A stretch of 64,000 nucleotides of DNA from Nageia nagi (taxonomy: Eukaryota > Plantae > Pinophyta). The position numbers were made by a program, and so were the translations under genes. Below, piece after piece: positions 1-13,354 of the stretch. Location: the NCBI GenBank assembly GCA_050084985.1, contig JBITNC010000001.1, positions 18,352,001-18,416,000 on the forward strand. Reading direction: 5' to 3'. Below the pieces are notes generated by a model. That model made no database searches. It saw nothing but the letters and a program-made list of their open reading frames with translations, and was not told the DNA's origin. Position 1 is the stretch's first letter; each line of letters starts with the position of its first letter.

Positions 1-3000
1 CTAATGTTGGGGTATGGAACTACAACAAACAAGAGGACATCGAAGCCAAGTGTCTGACTCTTGAGGTTGAAATTATGCATTTATTCAACTAGGTGATTGA
101 GCTTTTTGAGTACTTGGATGCCTCCCTTTGAGAACAAAAATCTATGTATGATTGACTCAAACTTCTCACCAGTACTATGGTCTCATTGAAAAAAAAGTTG
201 GGCGAAGGGGTAGTCCAAGGGTCCTTGGAGACAGCTCTAGGCATGTAGCTTCCTAAACTCTGTGAACCTGCATATTATAGATGAGTAAGGGATGAAGTAA
301 CTTTGGAGTGCTTCATATGGAAGATGACTTGATACTTGGGATTTTGCACCCATTTATCAGATGCAAAAAAGGTGGATGTAACTATCAAGTATCTAAAGGG
401 CAACACGCTGACTTGGTGGAGACAAAGGGAAATGAGCAGTCAAGGTGGTAGTGGCATCCTAGCTTGTAAATCATGGGACGAGATGGTGGAACTCCTTCAT
501 GCATAGTTTTATCCCACCAATGTCAGTGAGTTAGCCTACCTAAAGTTGTATTACCTCCACCAAACTGGCTTGATAAAGGATTACATCATGTCATTTAGTT
601 CATTGATGAGTCCAACAAACTGGCACTCTTCAAGCGTGGCCTTCAAAATTAGGCAAGAAATGAATTGAATTGCCAAATGTTCAAAACTCTTGAAGATGCG
701 ATAATGGTAGCTAAAAAGCTAACTGATTATCGTGAGAACTAGCCTGCTAAAAAGAATGACAGGAGTGCACCAAAAAAGTTTGACTTTGTAGTGAAGCCAT
801 GGGATAGAAAATGAAAGTTTGGCAATGGCAAAAATCCATGGTAGTTAGATCAGTAAGGGAATAGAGATGGACAGTTCCAAAAGGGCACGAGACAACAAGG
901 TAGAGGCCAATTTAGAAACTAGCAGCCAAAGTTTGGCAGTGGCCAACATGGACCAAGGTAGGGGCCATGAAAGTTTCAAAAGAATAATGTGAACACTACA
1001 CCAGGTGGTTCATTGCATTGCTTCGCTTACCAAGAAATTGGGCATATGGTTAGAGAGTGCCCAAATTTTGCCAAGCTCAATACCATTCTAACAACCATGA
1101 ACAAGAAGCCTACCCCTCCTCTTGCGATGCAGAATAATGTGGCAATTCCATTAAATGTGAATGACAAAAATAAGGGGATTATTTCATTCCTCAATTCCTT
1201 AGCAGCTTTGGAGGGAAGCAATAATGTCATTAATGAGGATGCAGTTTGCCCTTTGAATTATTTAGAAGCCTTGATGAATGGACACAAGGTTTTGGTCATG
1301 GTTGATCCAAGAGCCTCTAACAATTACGTATCCTCGTGGTTCAGCATGCTGGTGGGTTGGAAGTTAGACCCTACTGACCTTTCCTATAGAGTTTAAAATC
1401 ACCCTTCCCAAACAATGTTGGGAATGGTTCAAAGAATTTTGCTTCAAGTTGGGAATCGGCAAAGTTCCATGACATTGTATGTCATTTTGATGGACTCTTT
1501 CGATTTGGTGCTAGGATAGACCTTCTCTCAAATGACTTCTATGAAAGTAATCCAAAATTTGGATAGGTTGCTCATCATGGATCCCAAAGCTCTATGCATG
1601 GTCAAATTATGCGAGCCAAAGATCATGTGTGAGACCCCTATGTTGTCGACCATCTACTTAAAGAAGTTGATCAAAAGGAATAAATGCAATGGTATGTTTC
1701 TAGCAACTATGATCGATGATTGGGGTGAGAGTGCACCCTTAGATGAAAGTATACCTAAGGAGATCAGGGGAGTATTGGAGGAGTTTTCAAACATTACGCT
1801 TGCCAAGCTACCCAAAAAACTTCCTCCATGGTGAGCAGTTGACCACCAAATTGAACTCCCACCAGGTTCAAAACTGCCTGCTTTGAGATCGTATCAGTTG
1901 TCACAAATGGAATTGGTAGAACTAAAGTGACAGTTGGAAGAGTTGGTTGAGATGGGTTATATGCGACCTTCACACTCATCGTATAGAGCTTTGAATCTAT
2001 TTAAAAGAAAACTAAATGATGAACTATAGATGTGTGTGGACTATAAGGCCTTAAACAAATAGATAGTCAAAAATAAATACCCATTGCCACTCATAGAAGA
2101 CTGCTTTGATAGGTTGGGTGATGTAGTCTATTTTACAAAGCTAGATCTCAAACAAAGGTATTATCAAGTTTGCATAGCAGTAGGTGACAAATGGAAAACT
2201 ATGGTTGTGACCTACTATGGCTCATTCAACTTTTTAGTCATGCCATTCAATTTGTGCAATGCACCAACAACATTTTGCACACTCATGAATAACATATTCT
2301 ACCTATTTCTAAATAAGTCTATGGTTGTTTATCTCAATGACATTCTAGTGTTTAGTAAGACTCTAGAATAACATAAAGAACATCTATCTCAAGTCTTTTA
2401 GAAACTTCAAGAAAATGAGTTGTACATGAAATGGGAGAAGTGCAAATTTTGTTAGACTAAAGTGAATTTCTTGAGGCATATATTGGGCAGAAGATAGATC
2501 AAGTTAGAACCTAAGAAAGTGTCAGCAATCCGTGAATGGGAACCTCCATCAAAAATTCATGATTTGAGATAGTTTTTGGGCCTAACGAACTACTATTGAA
2601 AATTCATGGGGGATTTTCTAAGATTACTATTCCCCTTACCCAACTCTTGAAAAAGGGAATGAAGTGGTGGTGGATGCCTGCTTGTCAGGTAGCATTTGAT
2701 AAACTTAAAGCAAGCTTGACAAGTGCACCCATATTGGCATTGTTGGATTTCACTAAGGAGTTTGAAGTACAAACAGATGCCTTTGAATATGTGTTAAGTG
2801 GTGTTCTCCTTCAAGATAACCACTAGTGGCCTATGAATCATGCAAATTCAATGACACAGAGCACATGCATCTAGCACATGATAAAGAAATGGTCATGGTA
2901 ATCCATTGCCTAAGGGTTTGGTGACACTATCTCTTAGGGGAGTCATTCATGATAAAAATGGATAACATATTGAACACCTTATTTAAGACCTCCATGAAGC

Positions 3001-4700
3001 TATCACATAAAAAGGCTTGGTGGGATGACTTCCTAACAGAGTATAACTATAGGTTCCAGTATTATTTGAGGAAGCAAAACATCATGGTAGATGCCCTAAG
3101 TCAAAATTATCAACTTCACATGCAGCAAAGAGGCAGTCAGGATCCCATTCCCTAGTCTGTAACTCAAGTGGGGGAGGGGCTCATGCTGACAACCATTGAA
3201 AGCAACAAAAAATCACAAGATGAAGGGTGTCAAACAATGCTCACAACAAACATTATCACTCAGATCCAACAGGGCATGGAAAATGATCCTTAAGCAAAAG
3301 CCATGTTGGCATCAATACAAAATTAGGTGACCATCGAACAAATGAGAAGTTCAAAATCTAGTATATAATGCTCCTATATTTGCACAACCGAGTGTATGTT
3401 CTAAAGTGGGATGGCTTGCGAAAGGAACATTTAAAGGAATGTCATGACTCTCCTTGGGCTGGATACCCTAGGTGAGATCAAACTTTGGCATTGATTAAGC
3501 GAGGGTTTTAGTAGTTGAACATGTTTCAAGATGTAGAATAGTACATTCAAAGCTTTTTTTTGTGCCAATAAGATAAAAGTGAAAAGTGAAAGCTAGCAGA
3601 TTTGCTTGAACCATTGACAATTCCAATAAGACCATGGGTAATTATGAGCATGGATTTCATCACAAGGTTATCAAAAAAGGATGGGTACGTGAGCATCATG
3701 GTTGTAGTTGATAGGTTTAGGAGGTATGCCACTTTTATACCATGTTAACATCCATGTGAAGCCCCTTTGGTTGATCAATATTTCTTTAAGTATGTGGTGA
3801 AATACTAGGGTATTCCTCTCAACATAGTGTCAGATAGGAACACTAGGTTTACGAGCAACTTTTGGACTAAATTATTCAGGATCATGGGCACCAAATTGCT
3901 AATGTTTAGTGCCCATCATCCATAAATAGGTGGATAGATCGAGTGCATTAATAGAATTCTCGATGAGTATCTTCACCACTATGTCTTGGTCGATCAATCA
4001 AATTGGCCAGACCTCCTTGACATGGCTTAGTTTACCTACAACATTCAAAAGTATACATCTAGTAGGTTTACACCATTCAAACTAGCTACAAGTAGGCAAT
4101 TGTTCATGTTGCACTTGATACTATCAACGTATTCCCATGCGATTTTGGTAGTGATAATGTTCATGCAAAATTGGAAAGAGAGGATAGATCTAGCTAGAGT
4201 ATATCTTCTTCAGGCACAAGCTTGGATGAAAGTAGAGGTAAATCAAGGTAGGAGGCCCTTGGAGCTTGAAGTTGGCCAGCAAGTGTTGCTCGAAATTGAT
4301 GGAGATCATTTCAAGTTTGCATCGGGTACTTCCAAAACTCTCACAAGGAGATACGATGGATCGTACAAGGTTTTGGAATGTATTGGTAAGGTGATGTAAA
4401 GGATACAACTCCTTGAGTGTATTCACATTCACCCCATCTTCCATGTTAGTCAACTTAGACCCTTGCTAGTAGATGTAGATGACCTTGGATGGGTCATTTC
4501 AGCTCATCATATTATACGTATTATTGACAAGCGGGGTAAAGCAATGGTTAAGATCAAAGGTATGAATATTAGGTCGGGGATCAATTCCAAAGTAGAATAT
4601 CTAGTCATTTGGGAGGGTAGCACTAGTCTTAATGACACATGGGAATGCACAGAGACACTTTAAGATTTTGAAAACAAGATCCAAGAGTACCTCTCTGAAG
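1..4700 (+). mobile_element. Decayed Ty3/gypsy chromovirus (Galadriel-like) gag-pol: gag, protease, RT, RNase H, integrase, chromodomain; many stops and frameshifts
   Basis: Zn-knuckle-like CFAYQEIGHMVRECP and protease-like VMVDPRASNNYV (989-1396); RT PLIEDCFDRL..LDLKQRYYQ..VMPFNLCNAPTTF..VYLNDIL (2084-2371); RNase H FEVQTDA (2596-2826); integrase SMDFI (~3645); chromodomain-like EYLVIWEG..DTWE (4463-4663). The RT-RH-INT order is gypsy. Confidence 0.93.
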
Positions 4701-4757
4701 CTTTCATGGAACCATAGTGTCGAGGATGGTGTCCTCGTATGATAGGTAGGGTAAGCC

Positions 4758-5728
4758 TATTAGCATGTGTGCACGGTGGTCTTAGATGCCATGTACCTTA
4801 TGTAGACTATCGAGTTTAGGTTAGGGGGTCTAAGAACCTTTTTGCTTAGGATTTTGGTAAAGAATGTTAGAGCATTGCAAATCACCACATGAAAGTTTGG
4901 TATGCCAACTCTTTAACAGGATTAGTCCTTTGACAAGGTCATCAACAACTCTAAGTGGGAAAGAATAAGAGAAGGTGTGCCTCTCATCATGGGGCAAGGG
5001 GGTCATGTGCATACGATGGCATGCGAGCATGGTGCTTATAGTGTGATTAGGATGGGTTGGCTAGTTAGGTTAGATTACTCACCATAGTCCCACCTATTTC
5101 AAAATGGCTAAGCTAGGAACACCTGGATAGTTAATCGAATCCAACAGAGTCCATGGATATCTAAGCTTGAGGGTGTATGGTAGTGCACGACGAGGGAGCC
5201 ATGGTTGGTGAGCATGGTGGCCTTAGGCCACCCTTCATTAGATCTCGACAAGCAATGTCAACCTATGGTCGATTAGATTGGACTAAGACTCATTAGACCC
5301 AATGGATAGTGCAAGGCAGAACCTTGGGTGATTGGCATGGCACAGGACGTGTCAAGCCAAGGGTCGAGCGATGAGATGGTCGACTGCCTCTTAGGGGCAA
5401 CATGCTTGGCACCATCATAATGGAGCTTTCCCTCTAAATGGGCATGGTCGATGATATAGGTCTGCACAAGTCTAAAGGTACATACATGTATTTGAGTGAG
5501 CAAAATGTGTATTGTGTGCTTCAACTATCCTTCTCAATAGAACTATGTAGAGTACAGCTAAAGATAATCACCTATTAATAATATCGAGTTTTATCCTACA
5601 CCATGTGTGGGTTTAACAACATTTAAATTCGATGTGATTGATCAATGACTATGTTGTTGCTTTTGACTTGCCTTAATGGCCTTGCAAGACTAGTATTCTT
5701 TAACTATCGAATTTCTCTTCTTGCTACA
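4758..5728 (+). mobile_element. Probable 3' LTR of the chromovirus
   Basis: Follows the purine-rich PPT-like ataggtagggtaag (~4742-4755); begins tattag (decayed TGTTAG). Right end approximate. Confidence 0.5.
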
Positions 5729-5781
5729 TTCTTATGTTTTTTTGTTATTATGCTTATATATTAAATAATAATTAAAAAAAA

Positions 5782-5785
<4 letters not shown>

Positions 5786-5825
<40 letters not shown>
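5786..5825. repeat. (TA)n microsatellite
   Basis: About 20 perfect TA units. Confidence 0.95.
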
Positions 5826-5828
<3 letters not shown>

Positions 5829-6063
5829 TTTTTTTTCCTATTTATAATTAAATATGAAGAATAAATGAATTTTTTTTTTGAGTTTTATTTTATTTTTTAA
5901 CTTTATATTTTAAAGATTAGAGTTATTTAAAATGGGTGTTTTTTTTTTAAAGGGGTAGTTAATTTTTAGAGTAATTTTTTTTTTCAATAAAGAGGAAAAT
6001 AAAATGATCATTTTTTATGTTTACAATAATTTGGCAAAAAATTTGCAAAAGAAGTATAATATT

Positions 6064-6064
6064 A

Positions 6065-6104
<40 letters not shown>

Positions 6105-6114
6105 TATATATATA
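6064..6114. repeat. Interrupted (TA)n microsatellite
   Basis: TA run with short interruptions. Confidence 0.9.
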
Positions 6115-7494
6115 GTCTTAAGATATTTTTTAAAAGGTACTTAATAAATTTAAAGTTTTTTTTTAATAAAAATTAAATTTGAATCTTATTAAATAACCTT
6201 AGATATTGTTGAGATAAGTTTTTTTTTTAAATCTCTTATTTCTTTTGCTAACTCTTAGTTTCTTCTTATATTTAACCTTATCTTGAAAGGAAAATAGGAT
6301 ATGTCTAATGTCATTTTGAAAGGAGAATAATTAAGTTAGAAAAGGTGCAAAAATGAGAAAAAGATGAATCTTTTCAAGATAAAAATTTAGCCTATTTGTC
6401 CATTCTTAAGCAAAGTGAAAGTTCTTGATAATGTCAATAGGCAAGCATTTTGCAATATTTTTTGCTTTAAGATCTTGAATAAAAGAATGATGTAATGTCT
6501 CTTAAAAGCAAGCTCTTAAGCATATTTGTAACTAACAACTAACCTTAAGGAAAACTACTAACTCTTTTTGTGGTTGATTTTCTTAATATTTAAGTTGTTA
6601 AATCAAGTGGCAAAGTGCTCAATTCTTTACAATAATTACAACAAAAGCAATAAAAGTGCACTAACTTTCAGTTTACTCTTCAATTACTAACCAACAAATG
6701 TAGCTTATATTTCTCTAAAATTACAAAATTTGATTTATAATTGCTAATCATTGGAAAAATAAGTTGTACTAACATTCAATCCATGACTTACAACTTATAA
6801 GTATAGCTTACAATTTGCACAAGTGGTTTGTAACTTGCAAAACAATTGGTTGAATAATTTGTTTACTATATGTTTAAAAGTTTCCAATTGGAAAATTGTC
6901 TTTTTGGCTTCTTACGCTAACTCTTTTTGCAATTTAAAAAATAAATTTATAAATCTTCCAAGCATTTGGATAAATAGTATTATGCCAATATTTTGTGCAA
7001 ATAATAAGGTTTTAATGCAACTTTAAGCTCAATTTGTGGAGTTTAAATGAATAATATTTTTTTGGAATGATTAGTTGATAACAACTTTATTCCTAAATGT
7101 CTACGTTTGAATGGTTGCACTTATAATGATATCCTTGGATGGATAGAAACTCCTCAATTTTTTGTTGTGCACTTGTTGATATCAATATTTTTCCTTAAAT
7201 AGAAATGGAAAAGTTGTGTAAACCTTCTCCAAAGTTGAATTATTGTGTTCATTGAAGTGAAAAGTAGAGTAAACTTCCTTCAAAAGGTAGATATTTCATA
7301 TATCACCATTGTTATGCATAGGTTGATTATTATTATTATAATGAGCTTAAAAAAGATAAATTTATAATTATTAATGAAGTTACCCTTAAGAGGGAGAGTT
7401 ACTAACTTCATAACAAAGCATAGTTTAAAATTCAAGCATCTTTGATCAAGGAAGAAATTTTGGATGTGACTTTATGATTATTATCCATCAAAAT

Positions 7495-7953
7495 TGTTAG
7501 AATTCCTAATGCATTATTGTTTAGTATCCAAATAAAATAAAGTGTCTCTCATACTTAATTCATCCAAATACTAAAAAGTATTTATAAATACCTTTTTAGT
7601 ATTTATGAATTAAATATGTGCAACTTGACCCTTCTTAACCTCACATAAACCTTTGGTTAAAAGGTGGGTTAAAGTGAGTTAAGATAAGGTTCTCTCCTAT
7701 AAATAAAGAGCTTGACCTTGTTGTAAAACACACTTGAATAGAGCAAAGTTATGCTCATTATTTGTAGGAAGATAAGTTGAGAGAGGTTGTAAGAATTGTT
7801 GTCAAGAAGTAAAGATCTAGAGTTGAAGTGGAGTACTCTCATCTTTGAGAGGAACCACTATACATCCATGTGTCATCTTGTGTGTGATTGATTGAGAATT
7901 CTTAGAAGTAGGATTGTTCATCATCTTGGAGTATTGGAGTTTAATCTCTTTCA
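7495..7953 (+). mobile_element. 5' LTR of copia element A
   Basis: TGTTAG...TTCA termini, CCTATAAATA box, family motif gaggaaccact, followed after 2 nt by a PBS. Confidence 0.8.
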
Positions 7954-7955
7954 AT

Positions 7956-7967
7956 TGGTACCATAGC
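7956..7967 (+). promoter_or_regulatory. Degenerate tRNA-iMet primer binding site (element A)
   Basis: TGGTACCATAGC matches consensus TGGTATCAGAGC at 10/12, directly after the LTR end. Confidence 0.7.
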
Positions 7968-9718
7968 CTTCCTTGGAGGATCTTCCTACTTCATTTGTGA
8001 GGTAACATATTCATTTAGGTATACCTCATCTCCCTCATTCTTTTTTGGTGAATACTAACATAATTTTTTATGTGTGAGATCATTTTTTGTTGTGATAAAT
8101 CTACTCAAAAGTAATAATGTTCTTATTGGGCAAATTTTTTGTTAAAATTGCTCAACATAACATAATGTATTGTTATTTTAGAATTTAGAATTGTATAAAT
8201 TTGCCATTTGTTTTTACCATAAAGCTATTTCTTTATAAAAAAAAGGTTTATAAAAATAGAATAAAATTTATAAATATTGTTGCATTTGTACAAATTTTTT
8301 TTGCAAAATTAATATATTCTTGTAATAGAATTGTATATTGTTTTATATATGTATATGAAAAAAGAGGAGGAGATATTTTTTTAAAAGTAGTATGTTTTTT
8401 TTTAGAAATATTTTTTTTTGTATATATCAAATATAATTTTTTTAAAAAATTATAAGCCATGCATTAAAGAGTAGTTGAAAATATTTTTAATTTTTTTTAA
8501 ACTATTGTTATGTATACAAAAAGGGGGCATTCATTTAAAAAATATATATATTGAAATGAGGCTAAATAAGGATCAAGGTTTCAAACCCCCCAATCCTTAG
8601 CAATAGTGCCACCACCACACATTGCACATTCAACTTACTGACATGGCACTTGAATTGGCATCGAAAAACATGAGATAGAAGTTTTTTTTGTGGCCTTGTG
8701 CAACCCCACTCCCTCGCATTTGCCATTGCCCAGCCATCGATCGGAACCCTACCACCATCGACAGAAGTTTCTTCCTTAGGAGTTATTTTTTAAGGTAAAA
8801 ATTTCTATGTTACTTCTTTTTTGATCTAACCTTTTTTTGAAAATGGAAATAGTCTTTTCATGATGTCTTCCAAGCATAGGAAAGTAAGGAGCCCTATCGT
8901 AAAAATGAAGACAATCGAGAAGAAGAAGATAAAACTTTAGAAGAAAGCAAAGAGAAGAGAATATGAAGATAAAGTGCGAAAATGGATAATCCTTATGAGA
9001 TAAAGAAATGAAATCATTGCCTGCATGCTTCACTTTCAAACTTGCTATACAGTGGACTCCAATACTTTTATGTCTGAGAAAATGGCTTTTCCTTTTAAAT
9101 TAAATGTTCCCTAAAGCAAGTTGGTGTTAATTGACCTTGCTTTATTAAGTAGCTAAGATTTGTGTTGATATTGAACATAAAAAAAAAACTTCCAGATCCT
9201 TGTTGTTGTAACTAACCCAAAGCTAAGGAAAACTACTAACCCTTGTTATGTGTGGTTTCTTTCTTTATTGTGCGGTTAAAGAAATAATCAAATGCTCAAA
9301 TTAATTTAATTCAATTGAAGAATGTGCACTAACCTCAAATATTAACTTTAAATACTCACCTCAAATGCTAACTACAAAAGTTGATTAAGATTTACTAACC
9401 TTAATTTTCTTAAGGTTAAACAAAGTACACTAATATGACTTAGTATCTTCTAAAAATAACCTACAAATTACTAACAATAAATTACTAACCCAAACAAAGC
9501 TACTAACCTACAACTTCTCAATCTTTTTTGGCAAATTTATACGAGTACTTTCAATTGCAACAAAATTAAACATGATTAATTTTATAATAGTTACTTGCAA
9601 TTGTTATGATAATTGGTTAAATTCTTAATGTTTGGTTAAATAATTTGTCTAATTATGTTTAGAAAATCATATATTGATGTTTCTTATGCTTTAATAAATT
9701 AACCTTTCTTTTGTAGAA

Positions 9719-11796
9719 ATGGGAGATTCCTTCGCTCCTATGCACATCCTTGATAGTTCCAATTATGGTATTTGAGAACCAAGGATGAAAGCGAAGCTTC
9801 AAGCATGTAAGCTTTGGCAAATAGTAAGTGAAAATCAAATCATTCCAATAGAAGCTAAAGCATTAGAGGTCTATAACAACAGAACGAGTTGGTAACTTCT
9901 ATGATATTTAGGGCAGTTTCAGATGAAGTTCTTCTCATGATTTCAACCTTAATATCTGCTAAAGAAGATTTGGATAGGCTTAAGAATATCTACCTTAGGT
10001 CTAAGTTTTCAATAATATTTACCATAATTCAAGAACTCTTGCAATCTTGTTAAGAGGATGATGAAGGTGTGGCAATATACTTAAATACAATTATTGATCT
10101 TAGGACTCATCTTGTGAGTTATGGTTGGAATTGGATAAATGATAAATTTATGGTTTTCATCATCTTACAAAGCCTCTCAACCAATTTTAGTCACTTCATG
10201 ACTGTTATTGATATTAGGCTTGATGATGAAGAGGAAGTCTTCTCTCTTGAGAATATTTCTAGACTCCTTTTAAAGCATGAAGAAACCATCAACAAGAAAG
10301 TGTTGATTTATTCCTCAAAGGAGAAAAATGTTTCTTTAGGTGTAACTAAGGCAACTCACTTCAAGAAGAAATTCAAAAATCATAAGAATACCCCTCATGC
10401 TCATCCTAGGAGAATGCAAATAAGTATAAAAATAATCATCATGATCATAAAAGAAAATCAAACAAATCTCATGTGCCTAAGGAAATGTTTGATATAAATT
10501 GTAATTATTATGGCATATATGGTCATAAAGAGAACCATTGCTTCAAGAAAAAAAGGGAGAAAAATGGCAAAGGCAAAGATAATGTGAATAACTTCAAAAG
10601 AAAGTATAATAAGAAAGGTTCTTAAAATGATTGGGTTGTCAATTTAGGTTGCACTAACATATGAGATTTGAAAGGAATAAGTTTGAAAACTTTCATAAAC
10701 ATAGAAAGGATGTGGTAGTAATAGGTGATAACTCATTGCTTGAACTTAAAGGGATTGGAAGCATATTGATGCATGGAAAGATTGAAAATATGCTCTTTGT
10801 GTTTAAGTTAGGGATGAATCTTTTTTCAATTATTCAAATTGCAAGAAAAGGATATACCTTTAAGTTCACCTTGAACTCTTGGAGTTTAAGGAAAGGATTT
10901 GTCATCTTAATAAAATGATCAGTTAAGAATGATCTTTACATAGTTGATCAAGTGCCTTTTAAGTTGTGCCTTACCTCAAATGTTTATTCTATAGGAAACC
11001 TTTAGCATCAATGTTTAGGCCACCTAAATCATAAGAGTATTCAACTCATGAAGGATCAATATCTTGTGAAAGCATTGCCTTATATTTCACCTTCCATTAG
11101 CCTTTGTGAAAATTTCATCTTAAAGAAGATGAAAAGAAAAAAAAATTGAAAAAGATAAAGCAACTAGGGCATCTCAACCTCTCCAATTGATTCACTCAGA
11201 TTTGATGGGTCCTTTCCAAACTAAGTCTCTTAGAGGAGCATATTATGTCCTTATTTTTATTTATGACTTTAGTAAGATGATTTTTTGATGGAATTGAAGG
11301 ATTCCATAAACCAAGATCACCTTGAAGCTTCTCTAACAAATCTAACATTCATACTTTTACAAAAGTAATAATCAATCACAAAAAAAATAACACATGTATA
11401 GTGGTTCCTCCATATTTTAAGAGTACATCCACTTTGAACCATCATTCTATTTCTTCTCACAAGATAACTCTCTTAAAAATTCTCAAGAATTCTTCTAGAA
11501 AGCTCCTCTAGGAGCATCTTTATAAGAAAAATATTACCATGCTTCATTAAGTTACATAATGAGAGGGGTACCTCTCTATTTATAAGAAGAAACCCACCCT
11601 TTAACCTTCCTTTTATCCAAGAGTAAGGTTAAAGGTGTTTCTATATTTATTCTCTTAATGCTTTAAAGTATCTAAATCTACTTTAAGCATTAAGTCAATT
11701 TACATTAAAGAGAAATATTAAATAATATTAAATTATAATTTTCAACACTTTTGGGTATCTATTAGAGCATAAAGATTAAACCTTTGACATGTTCAA
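9719..11796 (+). mobile_element. Copia element A gag-protease-N-terminal integrase pseudogene, 3' truncated
   Basis: ATG 9719 MGDSFAPMHILDSSNYG; UBN2-type gag (10069-10497); protease region VVVIGDNS..KGIGSI (10661-10918); GAG-pre-integrase LGHLN; integrase LIHSDLMGPF..DFSKMTFGYLL. Confidence 0.9.
11286..11747 (-). mobile_element. Copia-type solo LTR inserted in the integrase of element A
   Basis: TG...CA termini; TSD ttttt/ctttt. Removal with the CTTTT copy restores the frame SKM-TFGYLL. The TATA box is on the minus strand. Confidence 0.88.
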
Positions 11797-11824
11797 GGTA
11801 TCTATTAAAGCATTAAAGATTAAA

Positions 11825-13354
11825 TTTTTGTCTATACATCTTACCAAGAATGCACTTCTTGTATAGACCAATCGAAGGAGAAATTAAAGGTAAACTTTTT
11901 ACAAGTTTTTGATCTTTCATAACTTGAATGCTCTTGTGGTTAAGGTGCCCTAAACATTAGTGTTAAATATTTCTTCTAAAACACACATTAGAAGTAAGAT
12001 ACATCTTTGATGGAACTTGATCCATGATGTAGAGGTTATCTTTCACTGATCCTTTAACCAAAGTGGCAAGTCCTTTCTTAATGCACGAGGATTAAGAGTC
12101 AAACTTAAAAGAGTGCTCTTTTCTAGCAACTTGGATTATAGAGAGAAGGTTCATCCTAAGCTTAGGAATATAAAGCACATTGTCAAGAACCTTTCTATGA
12201 ATCAACACACTCTCAATTCCTTAGACTTCAAGGGTAGAGTTATCACCCATCATAATTGCATCTTTTCTATACTTGTGAAAATTTTCAAACTTTTTCTTTT
12301 TAAAGCATAGGTGATTAGTGCAACCAAAGTCAACAATCCATTTAGATGAAAAAGAGCAAGATAAGGAGTAATCACCGTAGCAAAACCAGCATGAATATTC
12401 TTCTTTCCTTTAAATTTCTTTACATTTCCATTACCTTTGTTCTTTTCCTCTCATTTTTTTTTTGTAGCAATCAATTTATTTGTGACCTTAGATGCCACAA
12501 TAGTTACAAATACCATAAAACTTTTCCTTCAAATATGGATTATTTGATTTACCTTTTCCATCTCTTTGCTTGAAGTGGTTATTGTTGTCATTGTTCCTGC
12601 TACTATGGTCATTGATTCTATTATTCTTGTTGCTATTGTAACCATTATCTCTTTTCTCAAACCTTTTGAAGAAAGAAGTATAAAATTTCTTTTGATGATT
12701 GAACTTCTTCTTGAAAGGAGTTTTGGTTGCTCCAAGAGCAATGTTATTATCCTTAGGAGAAGAAATCAACACCTTATTATTAAGGGTTTCCTCATGCTTC
12801 AAAAGGTGTCTAGAAAGGTTCTTAAGGGAGAAGACTTATTCTTCATCATCAAGCCTTATTTCCATAACCGTTATAAAGTTTTCAAATTTTGAAAAAAGGC
12901 TTTGAAGAATAATGAATACCATGAACTCATCATTGATCCAATTGCATCCACAAGCAACAAGTTGGGTCCTTAAATCAATAATTTTGTTTAAGTAGATGGC
13001 AACATTTTTATCTTCTTTTTGATGATATTGAAGCAAATTTTGGAGAATGGTAAACCTTATTGAAAAATTTAAACCAAGGTAGATTTTCTTAAGTTTATCC
13101 CAAGTTTTCTTTGCTAAGGTTGAAAAGGAAATCATTAGGAGCACATCATCAAAAATTTCATGGTTGATCATGGAGGTTGCCAACTCATTCTTTGTGTTGT
13201 AAGCCTCTAGTGCCTTCTCATCTGAGGAAGGTATAAGGTTCTCATTCACTATTTACCAAAGCTTCCTTGCCTGCAATTTAGCTCTCATCCATGGTTTCCA
13301 AATCCCAAAGTTAAAACCATCAAGAATGTGTTTGGGTAAAAAGGAGTCTCTCAT
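11825..13354 (-). mobile_element. Copia element B gag-protease-pre-integrase pseudogene (homolog of A), 3' truncated
   Basis: ORFs 12836-13249 and 12488-12802 align with A (WINDEFMVFIILQSL vs WINDKFMVFIILQSL; IRLDDEE in both). Ends at CILGKMYRQKF. Confidence 0.9.

Larger units (their letters stand above)
5730..7494 (+). mobile_element. Old copia-derived fragment (leader plus post-pol region, no recognisable gag-pol)
   Basis: 6530-6900 parallels the copia leader at 9210-9670 (taactaac..taaggaaaactactaac; ttggttRaataatttgt). 7376-7466 parallels the pol end and its duplicate at 18368-18540 and 18694-18850. Confidence 0.45.

Noticed and set aside
7495-8060. Solo LTR bounded by TGTTAG...CTAACA
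   Set aside because: A PBS at 7956 ends the LTR at 7953; tactaacata also occurs in element B's leader and the TSD is poor.
8201-8460. Short hydrophobic or Lys-rich ORFs here and in other AT-rich stretches
   Set aside because: Compositional artefacts with no domain or splice support.
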